DNA from: Gemmatimonadota bacterium
GTDB lineage: Bacteria > Gemmatimonadota > Gemmatimonadetes > Palauibacterales > KS3-K002
Assembly: GCA_020344015.1 (NCBI GenBank)
Contig: CP070812.1
Span: 2,385,002 to 2,449,001, forward strand
Direction of reading: 5' to 3'
Length of the DNA stretch: 64,000 nt
A model generated the notes under the pieces. That model saw nothing but the letters and a program-made list of their open reading frames with translations. It made no database searches and was not told the origin of the DNA. Positions 40,701-50,459 of the stretch are shown here, piece after piece (the stretch's first letter is position 1; every line of letters starts with the position of its first letter). The position numbers were made by a program, and so were the translations under genes.

Positions 40701-41090
40701 CTATGGCTTTCTGTAACGCAGCAACGTCTCGTAGTGTCCCCGCAAAGCCAGCATGATGCTCTCCAGCGAAGCCTGGAGCTCGCTGAAGTCGAGGTCTGCC
40801 AGTTGCAGCGTGTCGGTCATCACGATCTCGTTCTCATCCAGGCCGTAGGCACCGTGCACCATGTCGGTTGCGTTCAGTTCGAGCAGCTCGCGGAAAAGTC
40901 CGTTCCGCAACTCCTCGTCCTCCGGTGCATCCATAACCTCGACGCGCACCAGGAGCAGCGGCGGCATGTAGTTCAGAAATACCGGCGCCGATTCTTTGGC
41001 GTCTCGGATGACCCAAAGACCCTCCTCGATCTCCTGGAACGGCAGCTCCAACCGGAGTAGGTAGCCTTCTACATCCTCGCGCGTGACCAT
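40701..41090 (-). CDS. YbjN-like domain protein (putative sensory/chaperone-like, Psp-associated)
   Basis: 129 aa. LELNATDMVHGAYGLDENEIVMTDTLQLADLDFSELQASLESI resembles the YbjN (PF10722) core. 10 nt downstream of pspA. Confidence 0.6.
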   Translation of the reverse strand: MVTREDVEGYLLRLELPFQEIEEGLWVIRDAKESAPVFLNYMPPLLLVRVEVMDAPEDEELRNGLFRELLELNATDMVHGAYGLDENEIVMTDTLQLADLDFSELQASLESIMLALRGHYETLLRYRKP

Positions 41091-41109
41091 TCCCGGCCTC
41101 CGCCTAGGT

Positions 41110-41409
41110 TCACTTGTCAGAGTCCTCGGCCTCGCCCGGACCCAGTTTCATCTGTTCGGGCTCCGCCAGCAGCCTTGTCAGAAAAGCCTGCTCCTCGACC
41201 ACTCGCTCCAGCTGATCGCGGAGCCCATCCACATCACGCCTCAGACTGTCCAGCTCGCCCTGCGAGACCGCTCCCTTAGGCGCCCTCGGTGGCACCAGGT
41301 TCCGCACCGCTTCACCTAGTGCCTTGCCTAGCGGCGAATCGACCAGCACGATCTTCGCCAGCATAGCCGCTAAGAGCAGCGCCGCGAGGTATACCAAGGG
41401 CATCATCAC
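41110..41409 (-). CDS. Small single-TM protein, PspB-like
   Basis: N-terminal TM (PLVYLAALLLAAMLAKIVLV) followed by SQGELDSLRRDVDGLRDQLERVVEEQAFLTRLLAE, similar in layout to E. coli PspB (SQSEQQRLAQLADEAKRMRERIQALESILDAE). Confidence 0.4.
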   Translation of the reverse strand: MMMPLVYLAALLLAAMLAKIVLVDSPLGKALGEAVRNLVPPRAPKGAVSQGELDSLRRDVDGLRDQLERVVEEQAFLTRLLAEPEQMKLGPGEAEDSDK

Positions 41410-41520
41410 AGACTACGACCCCAGCGACCCGAGGGTTTCCGCCTCTTAGGCAGTCTCGAGCCCACGAGGCGTCGTCCTGCCATTATGGGAATATTAGGCT
41501 GCTGCGGCTGATTGGCCAGG

Positions 41521-42033
41521 TCAGGAAGCCTTCTCGCGGCGGGTGCTCTGCAACATCAGCGAGAGCTGCGCATGAAGGGCCTCGCCTTTGTCCTTCGCCT
41601 GGCCCCATTTCTTGCGCTCGGCCAGCGACCGGACCTCTTGTAGCCCCTCCTCCACTATCTCCATCGTCCCAGCGCCCACCTGCTGCGCCACCTCGTCGTC
41701 GTGCTCGACAGCCTTGCGAAGCTCGGCCAGCATACGCTCCGACTCCGAAAGCCGCTTCTCCACCCGCGAGCGCAGCTCTTTCGTCGTTGGCTCCGGCTTG
41801 ACCACCGGCTCAGGCACCACCGGCTCCGCTACAACAGCCGCCTCCGATTCCGCACCACGCGCCAAGACTTGGGCGCGGAGCTCCGGGATCTCCGCCGTCT
41901 CCTCCTCCTCAGCCGGCTCCCCGCCTTCTACCGGCGCTTCCGGCGCCACCCTCCCCTTACGCCCGCGGCTCAACAAGACGACGGCGAACAGAACCACCGC
42001 CACCACGACCACGATGATCCAGCCTACGCCCAA
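41521..42033 (-). CDS. Hypothetical membrane-anchored protein (N-terminal TM + charged coiled coil)
   Basis: MGVGWIIVVVVAVVLFAVVLL TM, then Glu/Ala/Pro-rich linker and a helical C-terminal region. No recognisable domain (no PspC VCAGLA motif). Confidence 0.4.
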   Translation of the reverse strand: MGVGWIIVVVVAVVLFAVVLLSRGRKGRVAPEAPVEGGEPAEEEETAEIPELRAQVLARGAESEAAVVAEPVVPEPVVKPEPTTKELRSRVEKRLSESERMLAELRKAVEHDDEVAQQVGAGTMEIVEEGLQEVRSLAERKKWGQAKDKGEALHAQLSLMLQSTRREKAS

Positions 42034-42066
42034 GATCCCTCCTCAGAGATCATAGGGATTGCGGTA

Positions 42067-42264
42067 TCAGAAGGGGAGTCGGTCCGTGAAGAACAGGACC
42101 AAATAGGCCATCCCCCATAGGATCAGGAAGGTATAGGCGCCAAATAGCCACGCCTTCGAGCCCCTCCGCTTGGCTTCTATCGCTGCCACTGTGCCGACCT
42201 GGTGGGCTAGGCCAGAGTCGGCGTTTTCACCCGTTGTCTTGTTAATTGGCTTACCTTGATGCAT
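42067..42264 (-). CDS. Small hypothetical membrane protein (66 aa)
   Basis: MHQGKPINKTTGENADSG…AWLFGAYTFLILWGMAYLVLFF single TM. AT-rich start context with an A7 tract immediately upstream (plus-strand ttttttt 42275..42281). The ORF opens at 42345, but the start at 42264 is favoured. Confidence 0.35.
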   Translation of the reverse strand: MHQGKPINKTTGENADSGLAHQVGTVAAIEAKRRGSKAWLFGAYTFLILWGMAYLVLFFTDRLPF

Positions 42265-42416
42265 GTTCACGTTTTTTTGTCCGGTGATCCAGGTACCACC
42301 CCACCACCTCACGACAGTCCAGCCCCACGCCGGCAGTTCCCTCACCCCAGCGGTTAAAGACCTCGAATGTCCGAAGCTGAAAGGGACCCTAACCTATGGG
42401 CCCTTCCCGGCGCGTG

Positions 42417-42737
42417 TCAAGAGACCGTGGGACCCTCGTCTTCGCCACCTTCTATAGCAGCGGCCCGAGCGGCGAGCTTCAGGGCCAAGCCCTTGTAGGC
42501 CATGATTGTGCGCGCATATCCGACCCGCTCCCAGGTCGTGACGAGGATATAGGCCACGGCGAAGAAGAGGAGGAACTCCCATGATCCGATAAGCGGGGCC
42601 GTAACGACGAGGGCGGCGGCGAGCAGCAGGCCGCTGACCACGACGAGGCGGACTCTTCGCCGGGTAATCTCGAGGTCGGAGCAGCGTTCCAGAAGCGTTC
42701 TCTCCGCCACAGTGAGCCTCGAACTCGTCTGTTCCAT
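42417..42737 (-). CDS. Hypothetical 2-TM membrane protein
   Basis: 106 aa, two hydrophobic helices (LVVVSGLLLAAALVVTAPLI; FLLFFAVAYILVTTW). Confidence 0.4.
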   Translation of the reverse strand: MEQTSSRLTVAERTLLERCSDLEITRRRVRLVVVSGLLLAAALVVTAPLIGSWEFLLFFAVAYILVTTWERVGYARTIMAYKGLALKLAARAAAIEGGEDEGPTVS

Positions 42738-42902
42738 TCTGGGTCTCTTTCGTTGCAGCGCTACTCGAGCGCCGGCTTGGCCTCTTCAGAGCCCGGTTCC
42801 AGCAGCGCCGAGCTCAGTGCCTCCGGTACCTCGCTCACTTCGTCCCTACCGACGGCACGGCCCCTACATCACAGGGTCTTGCTTTAGGCATGGCGCCCCC
42901 TA

Positions 42903-43421
42903 TCACGAGGCTGAGCGGATTCTGCGGGTGAGCGCCGGCTCGATCCCCAGCAACCGTTCGTACAGCACGAGTTGGCCGCGGTGGTACATCTCCTGAGCGA
43001 TCCCATGCTGCAGCCAGGCCAACCGAGTGCCCTGCTCGCCGTCGAAGCGTGTGATCAACTGCAGCATGTGCAGCTCGCCTACATCCAGAAACCGCTGCTC
43101 CGCCTCGCCGATCGTGGTCCGCAGCCGATCCAGAAGCTCCGCCTTGCTGGTAGCCGCCTTCACCGGAGCGGCGTAGAGATCGAGCAACTCCGGCCAGGGG
43201 GCGCGGTGAAAGTCGGTGTCGGTACGGGTCAGTTCACCCGTCATCATCAGAGCCACCTCGAGGATGTGCTGGACCAGCTCCGTCACGCTCATCACCTCCG
43301 CCACTGGCCGGAAGTCAAAGCGATCATCAGGGATGTTCTCGACTTCTTCGATCAGCCCCTGTCGTACGTCGTGCCAGCCCTCGAGCGTCTCCTCGAGCAA
43401 GGATTTGTATGACGTCATCAC
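42903..43421 (-). CDS. DinB/YfiT-like (DinB_2) family protein
   Basis: 172 aa four-helix-bundle-like pattern with conserved His positions (ELVQHILEV…MYHRGQL) typical of the DinB_2 superfamily. Confidence 0.65.
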   Translation of the reverse strand: MMTSYKSLLEETLEGWHDVRQGLIEEVENIPDDRFDFRPVAEVMSVTELVQHILEVALMMTGELTRTDTDFHRAPWPELLDLYAAPVKAATSKAELLDRLRTTIGEAEQRFLDVGELHMLQLITRFDGEQGTRLAWLQHGIAQEMYHRGQLVLYERLLGIEPALTRRIRSAS

Positions 43422-43436
43422 AATAGTGCACCCCGC

Positions 43437-43853
43437 CTAATCTGTGGTCACAAGAGGGCCGGCAGTGGCTGCTACCTGCCCACAGGCCAAACCGAGACCG
43501 ATTGTGACGGTCGGGATGATGAGGTACGTGAGCCCTATATCCGCCATGTACTCCCCAAAGCCCATACCGATCGGACCCGTGAGCATCAGTGGGAGATCGA
43601 TTACCACGCTGATGGCATACCACAGAGCACCCAGGGACACCCCCTCCTTCAAGTGATTCGTGCTCACGCGGCGGAAGTAGAGCAGCGCGAAGGTAACCGT
43701 CGCGACCGTGACGACGACGGGCATGATCGACTCGAACAGCGGTCGGGCGAACTCACGGAGCGGGAAGATTAGAAGAGCTGTGACGAAAGGGATCAGCCAG
43801 ACCAGGACACCGAAGATTACCGCTTTGCCTCTTGCAGCCATGACTCCCTCCAC
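43437..43853 (-). CDS. Hypothetical 4-TM membrane protein
   Basis: 138 aa, four predicted TM helices. 16 nt downstream of the DinB-like gene. Confidence 0.4.
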   Translation of the reverse strand: MEGVMAARGKAVIFGVLVWLIPFVTALLIFPLREFARPLFESIMPVVVTVATVTFALLYFRRVSTNHLKEGVSLGALWYAISVVIDLPLMLTGPIGMGFGEYMADIGLTYLIIPTVTIGLGLACGQVAATAGPLVTTD

Positions 43854-43921
43854 CGTTTGTCGTCGCTAGCTCGGAGAAGATGGTCTCGCTTTGATCGTCG
43901 CCACACCTCAGGCCTGACCAC

Positions 43922-44728
43922 CTACCTCACTTCGAAGGTAAGCGTGGCCCAATTGGACTCGTAGTCTACGCCTTCCTCTTCGGTCTCAGTCATGTGGATG
44001 AATTTCACGTACCACTTACCAGCTCGCTCAAGTGTGAACCGCACGACACCCTCCTCGTCGGTCCTCGCCTCACGTTCCTCGATCGCCTGGCCCTCCTGCT
44101 CACCCCCCGCGACTACCAATTGGTTGGCCGCGGGCTCGCCGCTTACCAGGCACCGAACGGCGAATTCCTGACCTACGCCAAGTCGGTATGGGTTTGCCAG
44201 CGGCACGACTTCCGCCGGGTATCCCAACGCACGAGACCAGCCACTCGTCCGTGTGCCCCCGACCTGGTACACCGCCTTCACGTGCTTGGAGTAACGTTCG
44301 ACTGCATCTTCGCCCAGCTTACCCGTCGCCCGACGTGCCTCTAGGATGTCAGGAATGCCGTCGTGCTCCAGATACTCGTTGAAAGACTCCGCATCGAGCT
44401 CGATCAGCCGCGAGGCGGTCGAGATTCCCAGCACGTATGTGCCCGGTGGCCCTGTTTGCAAAGTTACGTAGGTCGTATCCGTTGCAGCATTCCAGGCTTC
44501 AGGCTCGAGCGGCGATACTCCGTCCGGACCCAGCAGTGAAATGTCGACCACGCGGTCCGCCGTGATTGAGTTCTCGCTAAGCGCGAACGTTCCGTTCAAT
44601 ATCAGGACCCGGACTTCCGAGTCTGGCTCGAGGAAGTATGTATCGAGCTTGATGAACAGCTCGTGCGCATAAAGCGTCGACACTACGACAACAAGCGCCA
44701 ACGTCGAAGATACTGCCCTTTTCTTCAT
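43922..44728 (-). CDS. DUF4198-like secreted protein
   Basis: Signal peptide MKKRAVSSTLALVVVVSTLYA followed by HELFIKLD…, the N-terminal pattern of DUF4198 periplasmic proteins. Beta-rich. Confidence 0.45.
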   Translation of the reverse strand: MKKRAVSSTLALVVVVSTLYAHELFIKLDTYFLEPDSEVRVLILNGTFALSENSITADRVVDISLLGPDGVSPLEPEAWNAATDTTYVTLQTGPPGTYVLGISTASRLIELDAESFNEYLEHDGIPDILEARRATGKLGEDAVERYSKHVKAVYQVGGTRTSGWSRALGYPAEVVPLANPYRLGVGQEFAVRCLVSGEPAANQLVVAGGEQEGQAIEEREARTDEEGVVRFTLERAGKWYVKFIHMTETEEEGVDYESNWATLTFEVR

Positions 44729-44970
44729 GCTCTCACCATTCCTGTTCTAGCAACGACCGTGCAACAGACTTCCCCACAACCACTACGGCCCGAGAAAACG
44801 CTCGACGAGCTGCCTGACCCCGGCGTGGTATCTCGACCAGGCACCCCACACCGAGCTGGCCCACTCACGCACGATTTCCGCGCGCTCGGCGCTCGACTCG
44901 GCGCATGCTACATCGCGGACCGGCAAATCTAGCCTGCATCCCGGACAGCTACTGTGCTGCGCCCCTGACA

Positions 44971-45684
44971 TCAACCCTGCTGCCCACCGCCCGTCGCAGG
45001 CGGCTCCTTCACGACGTTGGCCGGCTCCAGCTTCGCCAGGCTACCCAGATTCGCGACTATGCGGCGAAGCAGCATCAACAGCATTACGGCTATGCCGATT
45101 AGGGTGAGGAAGTCGAGTGTGCCGAAGGGCACGTTGCCAAGCTCGAGCACCGGTTCGAAACCCAGAGCCAAGGCGCTACCGGCTAGGATGAGGATCACGC
45201 GAACCTCGGTAGGCCCGATGTACTCGTAGCCGAACTGGAATGAGCCCATCACGAACGTCTCGAGATAGACGTTTATCGACATCAGGTAGTAGGCGATCAG
45301 CATCATCAACGCCACGGACAGCAGCAAGTAGGGTGAGAAACCTAGCCCCAGACAAACGAAGGCGACGGAAAACATATCGACGGTATGGTCCAGGTAATAG
45401 CCGTAGCGCGGCCGCTCGATACGACGGACCCGTGCCAATGTTCCGTCCAAGCTGTCGCCGACCCAGTTCACCAGCCAAAGGAAGTTGGCGGCCCAGAGCA
45501 AGTTCGGACTACGGCCGGACAAGGCGTAGCATACGCCTATCGCGGCCGCCGAGACGGCACCGAGTGCGGTCATGTGATCGGGTACCACCCACTTCGGCAA
45601 CGCTGCCGCCATGCGCGGGAGAACATATGCCTCGAAGGAGCGGAATATGTACTTCGGTTCGCGGCGATGTTCAGCTTCCGACAT
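44971..45684 (-). CDS. CDP-alcohol phosphatidyltransferase family protein
   Basis: [10 protein letters not shown]…GYYLDHTVD matches the CDP-OH_P_transf D-G-x2-A-R…G…D-x3-D motif. Multi-TM. 14 nt overlap with the uvrA start. Confidence 0.75.
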   Translation of the reverse strand: MSEAEHRREPKYIFRSFEAYVLPRMAAALPKWVVPDHMTALGAVSAAAIGVCYALSGRSPNLLWAANFLWLVNWVGDSLDGTLARVRRIERPRYGYYLDHTVDMFSVAFVCLGLGFSPYLLLSVALMMLIAYYLMSINVYLETFVMGSFQFGYEYIGPTEVRVILILAGSALALGFEPVLELGNVPFGTLDFLTLIGIAVMLLMLLRRIVANLGSLAKLEPANVVKEPPATGGGQQG

Positions 45685-48502
45685 GTTCGGCCTCCCGTCG
45701 CTTCTTTCGCTTGCGATCGAGTAGCGGCCTCAGGTACTGGCCCGTGAAGCTCCCCTTAACGCGCGCCACCTCTTCCGGCGTACCCGCCGCCACGACCTCT
45801 CCGCCCTCATCGCCGCCCTCCGGTCCCAGATCGACCACCCAGTCCGCTGTCTTGATGACGTCGAGCTGATGCTCGATGACGACCACGGTGTTTCCGTGGT
45901 CGACTAGCCGGTGCAACACATCGAGCAACATGCGGATGTCCTCGAAGTGCAGGCCGGTGGTCGGCTCATCCAGTATGTAGAGCGTCCGGCCGGTTTGCAC
46001 CTTGGAGAGTTCGGTGGCAAGTTTGACGCGCTGAGCTTCGCCACCGGAGAGGGTGGTAGAGCTTTGACCCAGCGTCAGATAACCCAAGCCGACGTCGCGC
46101 AGGGTCTGCAGCTTGCGGCGCACCGTGGGTATCGGCTCAAAGAACTCGAGCGCTTCGTCCACTGTCATCGCCAGGACATCGGCGACGTTCTTGCCTTTAT
46201 AGAAGACCTCGAGCGTCTCGCGATTGTAGCGTCGACCGCGACATACCTCGCACGGCACGTAGACGTCGGGCAGGAAATGCATTTCGATCTTCACCAGGCC
46301 GTCACCCTGGCATGCCTCGCAGCGGCCGCCCTTCACATTGAAGCTGAAACGGCCCGGCTCGTAGCCGCGCATCCGTGACTCGGGTAGCTGGGCAAACAGT
46401 TGGCGGATCGGTGTGAAGACGCCGGCGTAGGTCGCGGGATTGGATCGAGGCGTTCTGCCGATCGGCGACTGATCGACGTCGATGACCTTGTCGATGTACT
46501 CCAATCCCTCGAAGCCGCCGTGGTCGCCAGGGATGAGTCGTGAGCGATAGAGTCTACGCGCCAGTTCACGGTAGAGGATCTCTTCGACGAGCGTCGACTT
46601 TCCCGAGCCCGACACGCCCGTCACGCAGATGAAGCAACCGATCGGGAACCCTACGTCGATGTTCTTGAGGTTGTACTGGCGTGCGCCGCGCACGATTAGC
46701 TGCTCGCCGGATCCTGGCCTTCGCTTCTTGGGCACTTCTATCTTGTGTTCGCCGCGCAGGTATGCACCGGTCAACGAGTCCTGGCACGTCAATACATCTT
46801 CGAGCGTTCCCTGCACTACCACCTCTCCGCCGCTGCGACCGGCGCCGGGCCCCAAATCGACTACGTGGTCGGCACGTCGAATCGTTGCCTCGTCGTGCTC
46901 TACAACGATGACCGTATTGCCGAGATCGCGGAGCGACTCGAGGGTATCCAACAGTTTCCCGTTATCGCGCTGGTGGAGGCCGATCGAGGGCTCGTCGAGG
47001 ATATAGAGCACGCCCACCAGCCTGGAGCCGATCTGTGTCGCCAGCCGTATGCGCTGGGCCTCCCCGCCCGACAGGCTCTCCGCACTGCGGCCCAGCGTCA
47101 GATAACTGACCCCCACATCGTGAAGGAACTGAAGTCGCTCGAGGATTTGCTTGAGGATCGGTCCGGCGACCGGGTCATCGGAGTATGAGCGCCTGGCGGC
47201 GAAGAACTCCCACACGCGGCCCGCCGTCATACCGACGATCTCACCAATCGACACGCCATCGAACGTGACCGCCAGCGCTTCGCCACGAAGCCGGGCGCCG
47301 CCGCAGTCGGAACAGACGGCGTCAGACATGAACTCCGATAACCGGGCCCGAAGCCGGTCGCTGGTCGTCTCGTGGTAACGGCGCTCGAGGCGAGCCAACG
47401 CACCCTCCCACTCGAGGTGTTCCAACCCGAACAGGACCTCATTCCGCATCGCCTCCGGCAGATCGGACCAAGGCGTGTTCGATCCAACACCGTGCCTGCG
47501 TGCCAGAGGTCCGATCACACGCTTGCGCAGGTACCCGACCGGCGAGCCCCAGGGAATGAGGACACCCTCGAGCAACGAGAGCCTCGAGTCGGCGAGCATC
47601 AGATCGGGGTTCGCCACCTTCCGCACGCCGAGGCCACCGCAAGCCGGGCAGGCGCCGTACGGCGAGTTGAACGAAAATTGGCGCGGCTCGAGCTCGGGGA
47701 GGTTTATGCCACAGTCGGGACATGCGTAGCGCTCGCTGAACAGCTGGCTCTCGGACTCGCCGCCATCGGCATAGCGATCGATCTGCACTACACCGTCGGC
47801 ACTACGCAGCGCGATCTCGATCGAGTCGGTCAACCGGCCTCTATCACCGGCCCGCACGCTCAGCCGGTCGACGACAATCGCGATGTCGTGGTTCACCCGG
47901 CGGTTCAGCTTCGGCGGGTCGTTCAGATCGTAGGTGTCGCCGTCGACGCGGACGCGCACGAAACCGTCCTTGCGTGCCCGCTCGAATAGATCCCTGAACT
48001 CGCCCTTCCTACCCCTGACGAGTGGGGCGAGCACCTCGATCCGAGTCTTCTCCGGCCATTCCAGGACTGCATCCGCCACCTGCTCCGGCGTCTGACGGCG
48101 GACCGGTTTCGAGCAGGAGGGGCAATGAGGCGTTCCGCACCGCGCCCACAACAATCGCAGGTAGTCGTAGATCTCGGTGATCGTACCGACCGTGGAGCGG
48201 GGATTCCGACCTGCCGTCTTCTGCTCGATAGAGATGGCCGGCGAAAGGCCCTCGATCGAGTCGACATCCGGCTTCTCCATGAGCCCCAGGAACTGACGGG
48301 CGTAGGCGGACAGCGACTCGACATATCGACGCTGGCCCTCCGCGTAGATCGTATCGAACGCGAGACTCGACTTCCCGGACCCCGAGAGCCCGGTGATAAC
48401 CGTGAGCTCGTTTCGGGGGACCCGGACGTCGATGTTCCTGAGGTTATGCTCTCGCGCGCCGCGGACGACCAGGAACTCGCCGTGCATCAGGGCTTTACCC
48501 AC
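45671..48502 (-). CDS. uvrA: Excinuclease ABC subunit A
   Basis: 943 aa, two ABC modules ([35 protein letters not shown]; [11 protein letters not shown]), zinc fingers, LSGGEAQR signatures. Confidence 0.97.
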   Translation of the reverse strand: MGKALMHGEFLVVRGAREHNLRNIDVRVPRNELTVITGLSGSGKSSLAFDTIYAEGQRRYVESLSAYARQFLGLMEKPDVDSIEGLSPAISIEQKTAGRNPRSTVGTITEIYDYLRLLWARCGTPHCPSCSKPVRRQTPEQVADAVLEWPEKTRIEVLAPLVRGRKGEFRDLFERARKDGFVRVRVDGDTYDLNDPPKLNRRVNHDIAIVVDRLSVRAGDRGRLTDSIEIALRSADGVVQIDRYADGGESESQLFSERYACPDCGINLPELEPRQFSFNSPYGACPACGGLGVRKVANPDLMLADSRLSLLEGVLIPWGSPVGYLRKRVIGPLARRHGVGSNTPWSDLPEAMRNEVLFGLEHLEWEGALARLERRYHETTSDRLRARLSEFMSDAVCSDCGGARLRGEALAVTFDGVSIGEIVGMTAGRVWEFFAARRSYSDDPVAGPILKQILERLQFLHDVGVSYLTLGRSAESLSGGEAQRIRLATQIGSRLVGVLYILDEPSIGLHQRDNGKLLDTLESLRDLGNTVIVVEHDEATIRRADHVVDLGPGAGRSGGEVVVQGTLEDVLTCQDSLTGAYLRGEHKIEVPKKRRPGSGEQLIVRGARQYNLKNIDVGFPIGCFICVTGVSGSGKSTLVEEILYRELARRLYRSRLIPGDHGGFEGLEYIDKVIDVDQSPIGRTPRSNPATYAGVFTPIRQLFAQLPESRMRGYEPGRFSFNVKGGRCEACQGDGLVKIEMHFLPDVYVPCEVCRGRRYNRETLEVFYKGKNVADVLAMTVDEALEFFEPIPTVRRKLQTLRDVGLGYLTLGQSSTTLSGGEAQRVKLATELSKVQTGRTLYILDEPTTGLHFEDIRMLLDVLHRLVDHGNTVVVIEHQLDVIKTADWVVDLGPEGGDEGGEVVAAGTPEEVARVKGSFTGQYLRPLLDRKRKKRREAEHVGS

Positions 48503-48508
48503 ACCTCT

Positions 48509-49420
48509 CTAGTCGATAGGAACGAGGACTTTCAGTGCTCGGGGGCGGATGCTTGCTGCGAACGGCGTCGTCCTCTCCAGCCGCTCGCCATCGATCTGTA
48601 CGGGCAGTGGGGGATCCGCTTCGACGAGAACCTCACGTCCCCGGAAGTAGCGCAGCCGCGGATTCCGCCCGAAGCGCCGCGCGATGATCGACCACATCGC
48701 CGACAGGAAATCGCGGGTCGTCGTGACCGCCAACACGCAGACGTCGAGCAAACCGTCGTCAGGCCGTCCGTCCGGGACGAGATCGACGGGCCGCCTCAGC
48801 ATCGGTGCAGTCAGGCCCGGCATGTTGGCTACCTCGACTCCGATGCCGTCGATAACGTGTTGCTCGCCGTCGACGGTGATACGCAGGGTCGACGGGCGCG
48901 GCGCAAAGGCGGCCGCCGTCGCCGCATGTATGTAGGCCAGGTAGCCGAATCGCTTCTTGATCTCCGACCGCGGGCGCACGACCTCGGCGTCGAACCCCGC
49001 ACCGGCGATGGTCGTGAACGGTTGCCCATCCATCATCCCCACGTCGATCTGCCGCACGTTCCCTGCCAGCGCGACGTCGAGCGCAGCTCCCACGCTACTT
49101 GGGACGCCGAGGTTCGCTGCCAGCTGGTTGCCCGTGCCGACCGGCAGTAGCGCCAAGGCGGGATCGCGGTCCACAAGTGCCGACACCGCCTCGAGCACTG
49201 TGCCGTCACCACCGGCAACGAGCACGCGACAGTAACCGCTGGCGAGCGCCGCCATGGCGAGCTGGCGAGCGTGACCTGGCGCTTCGGTGCGGGCGTACTC
49301 ATAGGGTACCTGGCGCTGGGCGAGCGCGGTCTCGACCCGGCGCTGCAGGCGCTCGGCCTCTGTCGGCCCCGCCGCCGGGTTGTGGATCACAAAGAGACCG
49401 CCCGTCGCGGATCCGCCCAT
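48509..49420 (-). CDS. Diacylglycerol kinase catalytic domain family lipid kinase (YegS/BmrU-like)
   Basis: [13 protein letters not shown]…[11 protein letters not shown] is the DAGK_cat signature. Confidence 0.75.
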   Translation of the reverse strand: MGGSATGGLFVIHNPAAGPTEAERLQRRVETALAQRQVPYEYARTEAPGHARQLAMAALASGYCRVLVAGGDGTVLEAVSALVDRDPALALLPVGTGNQLAANLGVPSSVGAALDVALAGNVRQIDVGMMDGQPFTTIAGAGFDAEVVRPRSEIKKRFGYLAYIHAATAAAFAPRPSTLRITVDGEQHVIDGIGVEVANMPGLTAPMLRRPVDLVPDGRPDDGLLDVCVLAVTTTRDFLSAMWSIIARRFGRNPRLRYFRGREVLVEADPPLPVQIDGERLERTTPFAASIRPRALKVLVPID

Positions 49421-49427
49421 CGGTTCT

Positions 49428-50255
49428 CTATGCAGGGGCGCGCGCCAGCTCGTCCAAGCGCGCCACGCGCTCTTCCACCGGGGGGTGGGTCGTGAAAAGT
49501 CGCGTCAGCCCACCTCGACGGAGGGGGTTAACGATACAAACATGTGCCGCCGACGGACTGACGTCCATCGGGATACGGTGTGCCAGGCTCTCCAATCTCA
49601 GCAGAGCCTGGGCCAGACCGCGCGGCGTGCCGGCGATCTCGGCACCGACACGGTCGGCGCGGAATTCCATCTGGCGGCTGATCGCCATCTGCACAAGGAA
49701 GGCGGCGAGCGGGGCCAGGATCAGCATGGCAAGGCCGGCGACGGCGTTGCGGTCCCGGCCGCCAAAGAAGAACGCGAACCGCGCCAAGATCATCACGGCG
49801 CCTGCCATGGTCGCGGCTACCGTGTTCGTAAGCATGTCGCGGTTCTTGATGTGGGCTAGCTCATGCGCTGCGACCCCCTCCAGTTCCTCGCGGCTCAGCC
49901 CCCCGAGTACGCCCTCAGTGAAACAGACAACAGCGCGCTGCGGGTTGCGTCCCGTGGCAAACGCGTTGGGCTGCTGGCTGGGCGCGATAGCGACCTTTGG
50001 CATCGGCAACCCCGCACGCTGGCGCAGCCGGTCGACCATCTCGTAGAGCGCCGGCTGCTCAGCTGGCTCGATGACCCGGGCCCGATACATGCGCAGGACT
50101 GCCGAGTCACTGAACCAGTACATCCCGAAGTTGAATAGCCCCACAAATACCAGAGCCGGCACCAAGGCATCGGGTCCGCCGGCCGAGTAGGCAATGCCGA
50201 GAACCAAAGCGGTAAGCGCCGCCATGAGGCCGAAGATTTTGGCGTAGTTCCCCAT
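49428..50255 (-). CDS. htpX: M48 family zinc metalloprotease HtpX-like
   Basis: HEXXH motif AAHELAHIKNRD, four TM helices. Confidence 0.9.
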   Translation of the reverse strand: MGNYAKIFGLMAALTALVLGIAYSAGGPDALVPALVFVGLFNFGMYWFSDSAVLRMYRARVIEPAEQPALYEMVDRLRQRAGLPMPKVAIAPSQQPNAFATGRNPQRAVVCFTEGVLGGLSREELEGVAAHELAHIKNRDMLTNTVAATMAGAVMILARFAFFFGGRDRNAVAGLAMLILAPLAAFLVQMAISRQMEFRADRVGAEIAGTPRGLAQALLRLESLAHRIPMDVSPSAAHVCIVNPLRRGGLTRLFTTHPPVEERVARLDELARAPA

Positions 50256-50459
50256 ACTTCGCTCCCGGGCGAGGTTGGCAGCCCGCCCTGTCGGTCACTC
50301 GTCTTACGAAGGACCTAGAAAGGTACACCTGAGTGAGGAGGGGTTCCAGGGACCGGTGGCCGGTAGTCGGTGGTCAGTGGGGCTTGTCAGGACCCATGGG
50401 GTGAGCGACGCGGTACGTTCGGCCTTACCGGCTACCGACCACTGTCTACCGATTACCGG

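Noticed and set aside
42265-42345. 5' extension of the small membrane protein ORF (MRELPAWGWTVVRWWGGTW…)
   Set aside because: It is a Trp/Gly/Arg-rich low-complexity extension. The AT-rich start context with internal Met at 42264 is a more credible initiation site, and the gene call itself remains low-confidence.
48125-50046. 341 aa and 315 aa plus-strand ORFs
   Set aside because: They are antisense to uvrA/DAG-kinase/htpX and have Arg/Pro-rich low-complexity translations.
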